Virus record (IMG/VR): IMGVR_UViG_3300022885_000070
Coordinates: 1 to 26,369 of that record
Reading direction: 5' to 3' (one strand)
Origin: a virus
Lineage: Duplodnaviria > Caudoviricetes
Length of the DNA stretch: 26,369 nt
Within the stretch, counting starts at the first letter, position 1, and each line of letters opens with the position of its first letter. Shown here in pieces: positions 26,066 through 26,369 of the stretch. Both the position numbers and the translations under genes were made by a program. The notes beneath the pieces are model-generated. The model was not told where the DNA came from. It worked only from the letters and a program-made list of their open reading frames with translations, and did no database searches.

Positions 26066-26369
26066 AAAAATTATACGGAAACCATTTAGGGATTGTTGTT
26101 AGTGATGCGAGTCAAGATCCTGAAAATCGAGGAAGATGTCAGGTTTTTATACCACACATATCAAATACTCTTTATAAGAACTGGAATGAAAAAATGGAAG
26201 ATATTGATTTTACACATGTTGATAAAATACCAAAAGACGTTTTAAAAAGACTCAAGCAGGTTCTACCATGGGCCGAATGCGCAGCACCTATATATGGTGG
26301 GGGAACAAGTGCTTTTTATAGTGAAGGTTCTGGTAAGACCGATGTAAGTGTAGATAAGGCTTTTAACGG
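26062..26369 (+). CDS. gp5: Baseplate central spike / hub protein N-terminus (gp5/VgrG OB-fold), 3'-truncated
   Basis: Not in the ORF track. ATG 26062 gives MKKLYGNHLGIVVSDASQDPENRGRCQVFIPHI...QVLPWAECAAPIYGGG, open to the window end. Confidence 0.8.
   Translation, partial: MKKLYGNHLGIVVSDASQDPENRGRCQVFIPHISNTLYKNWNEKMEDIDFTHVDKIPKDVLKRLKQVLPWAECAAPIYGGGTSAFYSEGSGKTDVSVDKAFN

Noticed and set aside
1-26369. CRISPR array, tRNA, rRNA or diversity-generating retroelement
   Set aside because: No regularly spaced repeats, cloverleafs or reverse transcriptase were seen, and the 38-bp repeat lacks adenine-specific mismatches. Small structured RNAs could be missed by eye.

Overview
AT-rich, gene-dense fragment of a T4-like (contractile-tailed, probably large-genome) phage, covering the tail/baseplate and DNA-packaging region. 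From left to right: a 5'-truncated tail-fibre-like gene, two small tandem paralogues, a minus-strand accessory block (ABC-type ATPase, Zn-ribbon proteins, hypotheticals), tail sheath, a free-standing Hef/Vsr-like homing endonuclease, tail tube, baseplate/tape-measure genes, the large terminase, gp3-like and gp27-like genes, a beta-propeller gene, a Cys-rich gene, a dNMP kinase and the start of a gp5-like spike gene. The main finding is that the large terminase is split into THREE ORFs (17167-17853, 17928-18659, 18918-20273) that appear to be rejoined by TWO atypically split inteins with short N-halves (44 and 29 aa) and long C-halves (114 and 106 aa), predicting a 629-aa enzyme. The middle ORF has an IntC-extein-IntN layout, so the two inteins must be orthogonal, and their halves carry opposite charge patterns. 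The first intein ends in Asn-Gln. A frameshifted relic of a Vsr-like homing endonuclease lies between the halves of the second intein. Many genes are preceded by a TAAnTA late-promoter-like motif or a sigma70-like promoter only 5-13 nt from the start codon, suggesting leaderless or near-leaderless mRNAs. All product calls come from motif recognition and synteny, not from database searches.
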